Source: Takakia lepidozioides (lineage: Eukaryota > Plantae > Bryophyta). Taken from it: a DNA stretch of 64,000 bases. Of this stretch, positions 12,601-25,599 are shown piece by piece. The notes beneath the pieces are model-generated. The model did no database searches and was not told the DNA's origin. It saw only the letters and a list, made by a program, of their open reading frames with translations. Location: NCBI GenBank assembly GCA_030704615.1, contig CM060734.1, positions 26,164,001 to 26,228,000 on the forward strand, read 5' to 3'. Position 1 is the stretch's first letter, and each line of letters starts with the position of its first letter. Made by a program: the position numbers and the translations under genes.

Positions 12601-15600
12601 CATCTCCTTGGCCCTGTCTGCATCCAATCCCAACACCGTCGTGTCCACCTGCTCCATTGATAACAGAAAAGCACATGGCTGTTGTCAAGATGCATCTAAC
12701 AGAACTCTAAACCACGACCGTCATTGCCTAGGGACAAATGTATAGTGTGGGCTGACAAGGTAAGGTCTTTAATGATGCTCAATTGTATGAGGCAATCGGG
12801 TTGTAATAGTAATGAGCCTTAGTGGCTCTCATGATGTTTTATTTCTTCAACATGCCCTCCTCCATCAAGCCTGACAAGTGTTACCCAGCCCAAAGGAATA
12901 GCTCATCTTTGGCATATTGGCAGCATGTAGACAATTTCTTCACTTACCAAAACCCGTCTACCAACTGCAAAGAATGCAACACTCTTCAATTCACCTTAGC
13001 ACTGAAAGTTGTGGCTAATGTGGCCCAATTCACAGCCTGGACCTTGCCAACATGAACAGGGAAACCCAGGATGAGAGACAATATCTCATCATTTTCCATG
13101 CAATATATAAGCTGTGCTTGGCACATGCACAAATTGGTGCAATGCTGATATCTTGGTCAGACATTGCCTCAATCCACCAGTTTCTCTACCTCCCTCTCTT
13201 GAAGTCCCTTTGTTAATTTGTCTCAGGCTCTCTGAAGTTTGGTGAACTGGGTCACCAAACTTATTGGTCAGCACTTGTGAAGTGCAGATAGATGACTGCC
13301 TCATCCTTACCATTTTCCGCAGCATGCTCTTTTGTTGGAAAACCAACCTACACAGAGTATTCCACACAGTATACACATGACATCAAATTAAACCGTAACT
13401 TTAATCGTTAGAGGTGATGAGGGTAGATTGAAGCCTTTTCCCCCTCCCCAGGTATAAGATTGTAATGCACCTTCATAGCTCTGAGGGCATTCCCTTGTGG
13501 TTTCTCTGCAAACTCCACAATGCGCCCCTTGTCATTGATCTTCATCAATCCAAAGGCAGTGGCTCGTGCTTCATCCATAGGCAATGCTGCCACAGTAATA
13601 TCAGCATTCGTTTCCCGGTGAACCTGGATAAATTTCTGGTAGTCCATACGATACAAATGGTCCCCAGCCAACACCACAAACTCCAAGACTTGTGCCTCCT
13701 CGAACAGCCACAAATACTGCCTCACTGCATCAGCTGTCCCCTGCAATGAAACCAATCATCATCCTATGTAAGTACATAATAACAACTCCATAGTCTAATA
13801 GTGTGGTCAATCACAAATTCTCAGACCATCAACTTCATCATGTGTGAAGTGACAAGCTGCAACCACTCCCCACTGACTTCATCAGCTCCCCACAGTGGGT
13901 GCAGATCTTATATTATACTAGATTCAAATTCCTGGGCATACCATTGTACAAGTCTTCATACTGACTTTCTTGTCAGTAACAAGGTTTTGGCAAGAATGTT
14001 TTGATACCTGAAACCAGTTTGGGTTTTCAGGACTCTGCTGCGCAGCCAACACCTCCACAAAACCCTCATTCTTGTAGCCTCCCATGTTGCTTGCATATGC
14101 ACGTGACAGGTGGCGATTCAATGATGCTGAGTTGAATTGGGTGAGCACATAGATTTTGTTGATGTTACTGTTGATGCAGTTACTAACGGGGATATCAATC
14201 AACCGGTAGTTAGCACCCAATGGTACTGCAGGCTTTGCGCGCTTCTTTGTCAAAGGGTACAACCGAGTCCCAGCTCCACCTCCCAATATGATTCCCAATA
14301 CGCTCTGCCAATAGAACTACAGTTGTCAGCCAATTTGAAATAAGACGGCCATATTTGAGGCTGATCATTTACTAGACAGACCTTCAACCCAAGCACCTTT
14401 GAATTTCTGCAGCAAAGCTACATAAAAAAATTGCCAGATGTAACCTTATGCACATCTGGCTTGGCGTATGGAGTACATTCTGAGCACAGATGGGGCTGGG
14501 ACATGTTGTAAGGAAAAGGAATTCATAGGTTTTTGCACCCAACTTGAGCTTACAGCTTCTTTTCAGCTACGCACGGTCCCTTACACACTATGCCACTGTT
14601 GTTCTCAGGTACATCTCCATTTGAAAATCGGAACAGAAAAAGTGTTCAAATAGCTGAAATGTACCTTTCACTGCTATTTATACTGAAATACGATCTAGTT
14701 TTTGCTAGCAGTTCCATGCTGTGAGGACTGTCACCCTAGCTTTAAGGATGCTTATAAAATGAACATTCAAAATTCCACGAGATAACTCACTTGTTCCTGT
14801 CATGAAGAAGCCTTAAGAAAACTTGTTTTTCTTATCAAGGTAAGTCAGTTTCACAAGTCAGGCCACTACCACCTTCCAAATTATTCCAAGACACGGGTCA
14901 TGAGAAGACGACCCACGGGTGCCCAGACGAACTGGATGGGAGAGCTGCATTCTTGAACATTAATGCATTCATTTGGCTTTTCCGTGATGGTATCTTTGCC
15001 GCCCGCATTATATCTAAGTAGATATCTTTCAAGTGCACCATCAAAATCCCACTTCAAGTAAGTAATGGTGTCTGGTAATGCAGCTAGAACTCCTGGAATC
15101 TTTGAAGTCAACCATCCAATGCTTCAAGAAAAATTGAACACCTACACACTTTTTGAAGGTCTTAAAGACATATCACAGAAGATCTGCTTCGGCTTTCACA
15201 AACAGAATTTCAAGAATAAAGACACCATAACTCCATTCTACGAATCATACTACCAGGATCTCGATTCACTCACTTCTGTCTACATTTCTATCAAACACTA
15301 CCTGCATTCACCACCAAGATGACATCAAACCACGCGTAATTATTCCGATTTAAGGTTCAAGAATCCAAACCAAAAGACAAACCTAGTACGCCAAATCCAG
15401 ACCGGTGGACTTACCCGTCCAGCATCAGGGTCCAAGCAAGCTTCTCCGACGATCTGGGAGTCGGAGACAGCCCTGGGGGAGACAATAGCCCTTGAGTGTC
15501 GGCCCCAACCCCGTTCATTAAACGATGTGCATGCCACCCCCGTTCCCCGGACCGATGAAGCAATCGACCCCAAGTGTTTGCAACCACCTGCGAAAAATGC

Positions 15601-15699
15601 ACCTCTCCCTGTGGCACTGGCCACCGCTGAGCTCACTCCCCCTGGCGCATTCAGCCTGGCAGTGGAAGACGAAGCTGTTGCTGCCAACGTTCCGGCCAT
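6611..15699 (-). CDS. APS1: ADP-glucose pyrophosphorylase small subunit, plastid-targeted, 9 exons: 15699-15415, 14304-14008, 13740-13471, 12648-12469, 9101-8998, 8594-8483, 8124-8026, 7229-7110, 6727-6611 (1584 nt, 527 aa)
   Basis: Motifs [83 protein letters not shown] and C-terminal [11 protein letters not shown]. The N-terminus is transit-peptide-like and includes AVSDSQ..CLDPDA, typical of small subunits. All 8 introns are GT..AG and phase-consistent. Confidence 0.96.
9210..12420 (-). mobile_element. 5'-truncated, degraded LINE (RT plus C-terminal CCHC zinc finger) in AGPase intron 4, with extra tandem 3'-end copies
   Basis: ORF 10845-11510 has [19 protein letters not shown] and [14 protein letters not shown] occurs in 11728-12102 and [17 protein letters not shown] in 9850-10356. 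The 3'-end sequence is repeated near 9430-9500, 9670-9720 and 9925-9970. Confidence 0.9.
11495..11784 (+). repeat. ~290-bp fragment of the ParB/MTase element's last exon embedded in the LINE
   Basis: Matches 1-270 directly and ~54250-54555 as reverse complement ([29 protein letters not shown]). Confidence 0.9.
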
Positions 15700-15904
15700 G
15701 GCGTCCCGCAACAATGCAGGTGGGGTCAAACGATTCCAACAAACGAAAGGCCCTCAAACACAGCTGCAGCTGCGATGGAGCGGCACTCCAGCCCGAGACA
15801 ATGGCGATGGATTGCGCCCTGCCCGCACCAGCCCTCCACCGAGTACCCAGCTACGAGGACAAACAACGGCCCAGAGTGCCTGACTGCAGGGCGCTGCCCC
15901 GCCC

Positions 15905-16116
15905 TTACGCGTGTCCACCCATTCTGCCACGTCATCCGACCGCTGTGTCTCGAGTCTCGACCAGTGTTGTACTGGTATCAGTTTTAGGACCTACCAGACT
16001 GGTCCTGGTCAGCCCATTTTTTTTCATTTCATGTACAGCGACCATGTGGCTACAAACTGGTGGCGGAGAATGCGTACGTGGCGAACCAGCTGTTTTCCAC
16101 GTGGATTGTACGTGGC
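15905..16116 (-). promoter_or_regulatory. ABRE/G-box/CE3 cluster upstream of the AGPase start
   Basis: ACGCGTGTC (CE3-like) 15907-15915, GCCACGTCA 15926-15934, ACGTGGC at 16076-16082 and 16110-16116, CCACGTGG 16097-16104. All lie 200-420 bp upstream of the ATG. Confidence 0.55.
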
Positions 16117-16828
16117 TACAGCTACGCACCATACTGTCGCAATATGGCGACCATATATGACCAAGAAGACATTGCAAGAGCGACACATGTTCAAAGCAGG
16201 GCAGATAAACCTGGCTCCAAAGGCCCTTAGGCCCTGCCGCACCGGGCTGTTGGCGTAGAACACCTGCTAACACCTGCTAACGGTTAGCAGGCCCATTTTC
16301 ATAACAGTTGCTCCAACTAACAATATCCCTGCCGCACCAACATTTTAGCTTAACATGTTTTAAGTGCCTATTGTTAGTTTTAAACATGCGTTCGCCTGCC
16401 CCTGCCCGACTTCCTCTCGCCATTTTCTCGCGCCTGCTTCCTTTTCGCCATAGCCAAAGGAGCAACGACGAGACAGGATCACGAGCCAGGAGCACAATGC
16501 TGCACATTACTCGAGGCTTTCAATGGCGAATGGGAATGGCGATGGCAGAGAATGGCACGCGCAGCTGCCCAAAAACGGCGCGCCTGTTTAGATTTAGCAC
16601 TTGGGGGGGGGGGGGGGGGGGGGGGTAGTGCTAGATTCGCTCTAAAGTAGGAAGGAAGTTCTTAGGATAGATAACTATAGTTATGGCTAAAACATTTTAA
16701 ACATGTCAGTGCGGTTGCAATTTTCTATGTAGCAGTAGTTAGTAGGAGTGTAGCAGTCGATAGCAGGCTGGTGTGGTGGGGGCCTAAGTGGCTACCATAA
16801 AGGCCAATGTCATTAATCTGGCTCCATA

Positions 16829-17287
16829 CAGTCGACCCTAGATAATTGTTATTCCTATAGAGCAGAGAAATTATAACATATCTTTTATTTTTTATCACAT
16901 ATCAACCATTATGTTTTTTTTAAAAAGACTTTACCTCAACAATAGTTTTTGAGGGAGGTCAAAAACAATTGTTGAGGTAATATCTATTGTCGAAACCATT
17001 GAACAGGTAGCCCAGTGGTTGGGTGTTTGTGCCTTGCCTGTGCATAACCTAGGTGATCCTGGGTTCAATCCTTCAACATGTGCCTTGAGACCGTCCATTG
17101 GGCCCTCGATGGCCTGTGTGTTGAGCAGTAGGCTCTGGAAATGCATTGGATGTTAAAGAAACTTTATCTTTATCTTATGTTCATGTTATATTGTTGTTTT
17201 CAAGTGTAAATTTTTAGAGAGCCAAGATTTCATAACATTAAGGGTAACATAACAAAAAAGCATTTAACATTTATCCAGGGTCGACTG
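16829..17287. mobile_element. Tc1/mariner-type MITE
   Basis: TIRs cagtcgaccctagataattgtt / aacatttatccagggtcgactg with TA target duplication at 16827-16828 and 17288-17289. Confidence 0.85.
17007..17075 (+). other. tRNA-derived (SINE-head-like) segment with Pol III A and B boxes
   Basis: ggtagcccagtggtt (A box-like) followed by gggttcaatcc (B box). No convincing cloverleaf. Confidence 0.45.
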
Positions 17288-18749
17288 TAGCCTACTTTGG
17301 ATGGGACACATGGCAATAATGGATTTTTTTAAATGTTTTTTTAATAAAAAGGGGACGGAGGCCCTTGTACTCAAATTAAATATATATATTGCGTCTTGGG
17401 CCCAAAAGGCACTAAGTTGCAAATGTGAAAAACTCTATCCGAACCTGCAGAGACAATAGTGATGCCTCTTGCAATCTGAACATACAAGGGGGAACTAATA
17501 CTAAGCTACCAGGTCCAAAACAGACTGTCTAGGCAACATGCCCCAATGAAAATTGCCCCAATACCAAATGTCAACGTTGATATTTTCACTACACTTGCAG
17601 AGATGATGGAAACAAAAGGGCTCTTGAATATGCCCTCTAGCACAAAAGGAACTCTGTAAATCTAAGCATAGACACCATAACGGCCACGGAGCCACGATCC
17701 TAGTGCGATCCAGCGGCCACCTCCGCGCATTGAAGCTCCCCCGCATCCTTGAAGTCCCTCCCAATAAACAAGTGCACACTAAACGAACCTGGCGATGCAC
17801 ATGAACTCAAGGCACAACATAGTAGGCGATGAACTCAAAGTGACAGCCGCCGCGCAGTGGCGACGACCACCCCCTCCAGCCCTAATATGCTTGGCGAACG
17901 GACGGCCCTGGGCGGAGCACGTGGCGAGATCCCCCACAGCTACCACGCCAACAGGCGCCGGCCGTTGGATGGCGGGTGCCACAGGAGCCGGTTCCCAGGC
18001 GCCAACGGGTGGTTCCTTTGGTGCTTTATGGTGACACTCTGCCAGGGAGCGCGCGCTTTCCGGCTTTTTTTTTTCGTTTTTTCCCCTGTTATTTACAAGG
18101 GCGTGTCGCAGCCCACAAAGTTCAAGTGTTTTTTGGCTTTATTTCGCCTAAAAAATATGGGCTGGTCCTGGTACCATACGTATTGCAAAACTTCATACCA
18201 GTTTGGTCTATATAGTAATAGATGTATTTTTTTTTCCAGATACTAGTATGAGTATGAGTATCATGACCACAATACCAGCTGGTATGAGATATCAACTCTG
18301 GTATCATTCCAAAGCCATCATTGAATAACAAGTTTATCAAATAGCTAGTATCAAGTGAAAAAAAATACAATACAATAAAATATATATATATACATAAGTA
18401 CAAATATGTAGGCATATGTACACATAAAGTAGTATAGACACACACCAGAGTAAATGAGGAAGACGCGGGGAAGTACTGGTATTGTGGCTGGTATGGAAAA
18501 AACTGATACCAGCCTGGTCCTGGTATATGACCAAGTATTCTCCCAAATGATACCAGACTAGTCTGGTATCTAATACTAGTGCATATACCAGTGCACATAC
18601 CAAGCAATACCCTATATACCAGTACAACACTGGTCTCGATCCCTCCTTCTGCCACCTCCTGCGGCTCCCTTAAATAAATAATTACTGTAATATCAATATA
18701 TCAAGCGAGACGTTTGTTTTGTTTTGTTTTGTTTTGTAGCGTTAAGGTG

Positions 18750-20520
18750 ATGGTGTAGCGAGATGTAGCTCCGCGTTTTGCGGTGTGTGGAGTGCAAGGA
18801 CTTCAAATTTTTTCAAGCCTGGCCTCGTCTGAGCTTCATGCTCCTCTCCTTACTCCTCCCCTCTTCCCCCCTCCGCCTCCGTGTGGTAATCATTCTCCCT
18901 CTACGTCCTTCGGCTTAGCCTCTATTGAAGCTGAGCCTCCTCCCCCTACCTTGGGTGTATCGAATTGTATGGATGATTCCCAGTGCTCTATAGCCTCCCT
19001 GTTGCCCCCCTCACCCCTTCGTCCTTCGCTATCATCCTTGTAGGGCTCGGTTCCTCGCTCTTGAGCTACAGGCGGCGCGCTGTTATGGCTTAAGAGTGTG
19101 GTCTCACCTTAATGGCTTTGCCAGCACCCTTTTCACCCCAGTAAAGAGCCGGCCTGCTCTTCGGTGCTTGGGTAGTGGTGCGCAGAGCTGAGTTTGGCGG
19201 TTCTCTCAACCGCTCGAGGTTCTTGTCGCCTGGGTGACGGCTCACGTCGATTCGAGTTATTGTTCCGACTTGTTGTCCCCTAGATCTTGAGTGCTAGGCC
19301 TTGTCCCCCTCTATATAGCAGGTCCTGCTTTCTCCCCAGCTCCTCCTCTCCCAGGATCAGTCTTATTGTCCATCTTGTTGCTTGGTAGCTCCCAGCGTAG
19401 GAAGAACGGTGGTTCTGGAATGAGAGGGAAAGGCCCTTGGGCTGCGTCAGAAGGCTCGCTCCTGGATAAAGGTCCGGAGCCCCTGAACGGCCCTGCCAGA
19501 TTGGCAATTGTCCCCTGGACTGATCCAGATGTCTCGTGTGAAGATGATGTGCAGCAAGTCCTTTCTCTTAACATGGAATTTGACAAGTCCCAGTCTCGCA
19601 AATATATCTCAGCATGGGATTCTGGCTCATTTCCCTGGGAGAGTCCATGAGAGACAGTGGATATGTAAATGGATTATTGAGCACTTGGGGGCGGAAGGTG
19701 GTCACAACACCATTTATGTCACTCCATGGGACGTGGATTCTATACGGTTCTTTTCAGTTCCAAGGAGGATGCTTCCAAGGCCCTTGCTACAAAGCTGCCT
19801 ATGTCAAGGTTTAAGGTTAACCTATTCCCTTGGTCCCCAGACTGGGGGCATAAGAATGGGATCACCTTTAAGCCAAGGGTCATAGCCTTTCCATATCTTC
19901 CAGATAACTATCTTGCCTCCCTTCCTGAGATTGGTACTCATTTTGGTCCCTTCATAGACTCTTTGAATGTATCAGTCCTAGGAGATGGAGCCCCCCTTTG
20001 TGTGGTCAAGGATAGCTCAGCAAATGAGTCTGCTAGGGAGGGGGGATTCCAAAGGTGGTCGTCATGATGCCAGAAGGCTCAGTGGTGGGAAAGAACATCA
20101 AGCTCCCTACTCTAGATGGGCCTTACATCTCTGTTTTGTCTAAAGAAAAGACCCTAAGTGTGATTTGTTTTGCATGTACCGGCAAAGGACATGTCAAGTC
20201 TGACTGCCCGCATGTTGGGAAAGGCAAGGCACCCAGGCGATCGGAGACTGTAGACTCAGCTCATCCAGCGATGAAGTCGGCAGTGGGGGCGGGGCTGCTT
20301 CATTCTCCTCGTCCATCGCAGATGCAAAGCAATCTGGCGGCCTCAGCGTCTCCCTCCTCGGCAGGTAGATCGCTCAAACACAAGCGCCTGTGTTCTCCAG
20401 GGGTGACCTCCCCGGCAGGTCAAAAGCTGGTCCTGCTACCCCGGACAGGTAGAAGCCCCCCTCCACTGGACTATCTGCCGGCCACTTTTCCTTTCTGTAA
20501 CTACTTGGATGCTCTGGAGA
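18750..20520 (+). mobile_element. Degraded L1-type LINE 5' region/ORF1 (DUF4283-like plus CCHC knuckle)
   Basis: Frameshifted ORFs with MGRGFYTVLFSSKEDASKAL..LFPWSPDW and ICFACTGKGHVKSDCP. Confidence 0.7.
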
Positions 20521-22254
20521 CTCCAATCATCAACTTGGCGACCAATTGCCTAGCACTTAGATCCTTGGTGACTTTATCAAAGCTGGAATTGTACCAGATG
20601 TAATTCTGAACATTCCCCTGGTGTACATCTACGTCAAATGTGAGCATGGCAACCCTAAAAAAGGCACAATAAAGGTCCACTGTGACATCAACAAAGCTGC
20701 AATTGTACCACTCTAAACACTGCCTTGGTGGATATGTATGTCAAGGCAGCCCTGGAAGTGGATGTCACTTTGAGTGACATGGTAGCTAGCACCACCATTC
20801 TCTGGAACTACAAGTTCTTGAATTCAATCTCGAAATGATTTCTGATGTTCTCTTGACATGTCCACGATAGTGCTGGACCTAGCTGCACAGTAGATTTTCC
20901 TTACTCAATGACTTCATTTCTTCCTAAAGACGGTGAATGACTGACAATAAAGGACAGTAAAGGACAATACAACCTGATCATTTTTGACATATCGATCAGT
21001 GAAACCACAGGTCTACTATATCCTTTCAAACTTCGAAAGGATTGTCAGTTCAAAGCACACACCACTTCTGGGTGGGGATCATCATGTCATTCGAGATAAG
21101 ACTCACCAAGGTTCTCTAGAAGTTATCTGATGCATGTAGATGTCAACATTGTCTCCTGACAGTGGATGCCTGCTATGACTTAGGTGATTATATCAAACAA
21201 CTCCCACAAAGGCAACAACATGCAACTGGATTATGTCGACCTTCCACTGTTGGCCATGTGAGCCTTCCAAGGCGAGCAATCTTTGAGAGTGCCCATGATA
21301 GTTTGATATGATAAATAAATATATGATTCACATTCTTTCCCTCCACAAAACCATGCCAGGAAACAGTACTATGCTGGTCATAAGCTAAAAAACTTTACAT
21401 ACCTGTTTGTAATGAGAGCATTTAAGTAATTGTCGGCTCCCTTTATTTGCACATGATGGGTGTAATTTGCTAGATGTCCCATTAACATTTCCACCTCCAT
21501 GTGATTTACATAGCGCAAAGTCTTGGTGCCAATTTGCATCACTGGCTGGGTTACTGGCCCTTTATCGGTTTCACAGCTGGCACTAGAGGTGGCATTCATA
21601 ATGCCAGTATCGATGCGCCACAGCCATTATTACCAACAAATGAAAACTCGAATCCAACCCTCCTCGGGCCTCCGAGGTACCTAGGGTACCCTAGGTACCC
21701 TGCGGTACCTTTTCCTTTAAACTCCTGGTGTCCTATGGACACCTTTTTCTTAGAGGGCCCACCCCCCGAGAGGGGGCAGTAGCCATGAGGCAAAGTGGCT
21801 CTTAGTTACGTCGGCTTTGGCCGGAGTCTTCTCTCTCTCTAGGATCACACAGTGAGGGCACTTGGCAATTTAGAGTTAGGAATTGTATAGCAATGAGATA
21901 TCGCAACTACAACAGGACGTTGCATCCGTCTCTCTCCTCCTTCGCATACTCACCTCCGTGTACTCCCCGTCCATGCGCCCAAGAAGTGATCCGTCTTCCA
22001 TAGCTAGTCCCTATTTTCTACCCGCAAGCTATTCTAACCGTCTAACTAACTGTTACTACTCTAACCGTCGGTCACGTCAGCACGATCTGTACTGCTGTTC
22101 CCTATGTTGATGATGTACCGCGTTCCCATTCCCCTCCTGTGATATCAGCATCATGTGACCTGTGTGAGGTTGTGTGGAGCTGTGACCGCTCAGTAATGAG
22201 GATCACAACTGTTGTACCCCGTACCTGTGATTGTCTGTGCTGTCATAGCCCGTG

Positions 22255-22400
22255 CGGACCTGTGTCTCTCCTGCCCTGAGGTCTATGCGAGTCTGTGACT
22301 GCCGCACAGTAAGACCTGTGTGGGCCTGTGTCTGCCACACCTTCAGACCTGTGTGGGCCTGTGTCTGCCACACCTTCAGACCTGTGTGGGCCTGTGTTGA
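22255..22400. repeat. 33-bp tandem repeat (3-4 copies)
   Basis: agacctgtgtgggcctgtgtctgccacaccttc starting near 22312, 22345 and 22378 (last one partial), with degenerate copies upstream. Confidence 0.85.
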
Positions 22401-22489
22401 CTCATGGCAACAAAGCCATGTGTGCGCAAAACTAAGGGTATCCCACAGAACCCATAAATCGTTTAAGTCCCAGACAACCCTGTAACAGC

Positions 22490-23125
22490 CACTGCTAACC
22501 TTAACCATGAATCACAAAACTTGGTGATAAATTATGATTAGGTGCTCCGTAAGTGCCCATAAATCCTTAGGTCAATCAGAGCTAAAAGCCATTTCCAAAC
22601 GCCATCTTTGTGGAGTCGTCGTATAGGAAGTTCGCTGCTTCCTTGGAAAAACATTCTAATGGTGATGCCCCTGGAGTTCCTGACCCTACCACTTGATCAT
22701 AAAACCTTGGAAGTCACCTCCAACTACCCTTTGCACCGTCGGCTTGGCCACGCTTCTGTTATTTTAGTGTGGATAGCAGATGCAGAGGTTTGCTTATTGG
22801 CTTCTCAAGTGAGGGTTTTCAAAAGGTTGCGTATGGGCCATGGTTCACGGGGATCTGGTATAGGGTATATTAGCCAAAATGGGTGGGTGTGCGCTATGTA
22901 TATAGGGTCATTGGTGGGGTCAAGAGGGGGTTCGTCGGCACCTTCCTGGGCAAAGAGGTTGGCAGCCTCGTTTCCCCGAATACTTGTGTGTGAACGGACT
23001 TTGAGAAAATGAATGGGTTGGTTGATGGAGATAACCAAGTTGGCTATGGCTGCTATGTGATTACGGTCACAGTGGTGAAGGTGAGAGGATGGGTGTGTGA
23101 TCCTACTGGATAAGCAAAGAGGGAG
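22490..23125 (-). mobile_element. Retroelement RNase H C-terminal fragment
   Basis: IHFLKVRSHTSIRGNEAANLFAQEG matches the RNase H KV.sH.g..GNE.AD.lA motif. Confidence 0.7.
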
Positions 23126-23499
23126 AAAAGACAGATCACAACCCTTCCTTACAGTCGCCCTTGTATAGTTCAAACAGTTCCAAGTCGCTGCTATTTGTAC
23201 CGAGTTGGTAGCTTACTACGTTGTCTCTGCAACTTCCTATTGTCGTTTTGACGCCAGAGTCTTGCTCGATGCTCGTCTAGACTTTATCTAAATTCCTAAG
23301 TGCTTCACCAGCGGTTCCCAAATAACTAACAAGTTGTTATGTTTTGGCAGTACAATGCCGAAACTGCCTGGCTAAGGATAAAAAAAACGATCCGAAAATA
23401 AAATTGTACCCATTTATGCATCTACAAGCGCAAGGCAAGAAGACTTGTTTGCTCCGCGCGGTGTCAACGTGAGCGCTGGAAATAGTCCAGCCAGGAACA

Positions 23500-25350
23500 G
23501 GAACAGGGGGCGACAAGGGAGCACGAGGGCATCAGCGCGAGACAGCACCGGAAAGCGACAACTTCAACGGATGATTGCAATGAAATAATGGGAAAAAGAA
23601 CAGAGGCAAAGGCAGCAACCCCGAAACCAAGAGCTTTCGATCGGGAACTCAAGAAGCTGGAAAAGAAGGGTTTCCGGCCGTAATATGCAGCGTCGTGCGA
23701 CGGCCACATCCAAGTACATAGAAATGGCAGACCGTGATTGGCAAATCAAAGTCGGATTGGACAAGTTCTTTCGGGCAGTAGATTGGAAGAAGGCGGATAA
23801 TGTGGAAGTCGTGAGGCTGATAGACTCATACAATGATGACCTCAAAATAGTGACATGGAGGGATCAGCTTTGGATCAGATTGCCGCCCATACTTCCCCAC
23901 CCCAGGAGAAGGATTCAAGCTCAAGCAAGGATGCTTCAACTATTTAGAAGCACCAAACAAAATCCACGAGATGAGAATGGAGGTGCTGTCGGAAGTCCTC
24001 TAGTGCAAGCAAACACTTCACCTCATCCAGCTCGCACTGATGAAGTGCATAATAATGGCGGAGACTGAGGAGGTAAATTGGGCAAGGGTACTATTCGAGG
24101 GCCTCCAGAGGGGCATGAGGGAGGTCGTGAACAAGAAAATAGAACCCGGGAAGCACATCACTCTTCGTTGGGGTCCCCTCATACAACACTTGTTTAAGCG
24201 GTGGAACGAGATGCCTGCGACGGAATGGGCGGAATTGGGGCTTACGCCCAGTTCGGGAGGGGTACTTCTGCAGGGTAACAAACCGAGGTAGGGGATTAAC
24301 CTCAGCGACGACGAGCAGGGTGATGAGGATGCCACGGGCGGTAAGAGACCCATGGAAGACGAGAGGGATCCAGACGCGTCAACTGACGAGGATGATGAGG
24401 AGGGCTCCCCTCAGTTGCAAGGGCGGGCCAAGTTTCAAAGAAGAAACAACGGGGGAGAGAGAGTAGTAATGAGGGTGGAGGAAGAGGATGCCTTCCGGAC
24501 TCTCAAAGTTCGGACCAAACGAAGGCAGGAAGCAAGGGCTCCACCCTCCACGAGCTCCCCACCTACGGGAACGATAGCGCAGACCTTTGAAAACAGGTGC
24601 TGGCGCTACAACTGTATCGAGCCCAGCTGGAGGAGTTAGAATCGGTCAAGGAAGAATTAAAGAAGTTAGGACAGGACCACCAACGACTGACAAAGAGTCA
24701 GCAAATTCACGTGCAGAAGGGTACCAGCGCCCAGCGGGGGCTAGAGAAAGCCAAACTGGACTTAGCTGAATCCAGGAGGGCAACGGTGCAGACAATTGAG
24801 GGACATGAGAAGACAATTAGGGACCAAAAGCACTAATTAGAGACACTACGGGCCCAACTATGGGAAAAAGACCAGGCACTGAAGCTAGCTCGCGATGAGG
24901 CCACAAACTACAAAGAGCGGTATCAGAAGGAGAAGGAACAACGAGAGGACTACGGCGCTAGAGCAAAGGAGGCATACAGGGCCCTACGATGGTCCAATAA
25001 CACGGTGGCCATTTTGCAGAGAGATATGGCAAATTGGAGGACGTGGGCCATCGAGTTTTGGCCGTGCACAGGGCCAAGGATGTCGCAAGGGGAGAGGGTA
25101 GAGAAGTACCAACGGAAAGGCTAAAGATGGAGTAGCAATTCGAAGAGTGGGCTAGAACATACGTGGAGTCAATCGCCTCCGAAGCTCAGGCGTATAAACT
25201 CACTCTGGAAAGGCTCTACGAGGAACTAGGGATAAGCATGGAGGACGTCTTCTCTCTAACGGACAAGAAACTTTGCCAGAGAAGGATGGGAATCATCCGC
25301 TACTAGGAAGAGAAGGCTAAAGAGCTAATCCGCGACGTGTATGTCCGCTT
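23500..25350 (+). pseudogene. Frameshifted coiled-coil/acidic accessory ORF of an unidentified mobile element
   Basis: Chain of overlapping purine-rich ORFs (23685-24068, 24040-24291, 24352-24639, 24597-24836) with NWARVLFEGL and heptad-like LEELESVKEELKKL. A (TA)n tract follows. Confidence 0.35.
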
Positions 25351-25556
25351 GAGCTCTTTCTCGTATGGCTGGGAATAGCAGTCCCCCGGTTTCCATGTCC
25401 ATCGCCGTCCGCGTTCTAGGATGGTAACAAACTCCCCCCTTCTGGTGTTTCACACGAGGGGTACCATAGAACTAAGACCTTTCAGGTCCCCCCCCCCGCC
25501 ATTTCTCCCGCGATAGAAAGTGGTACCCATTGTAATTTACGCTCCCTTCGGGAGGC

Positions 25557-25558
<2 letters not shown>

Positions 25559-25589
<31 letters not shown>
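25559..25589. repeat. (TA)n microsatellite at an element junction
   Basis: Run of TA dinucleotides. Confidence 0.95.
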
Positions 25590-25592
<3 letters not shown>

Positions 25593-25599
25593 CATAGGC

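Noticed and set aside
15340-15729. AGPase start at 15729 as given by the ORF track
   Set aside because: That codon is TTG; the ATG at 15699 (gccATGGcc context) starts the transit peptide.
17007-17075. Functional tRNA gene
   Set aside because: A/B boxes are present but no consistent cloverleaf, and it lies within a MITE.
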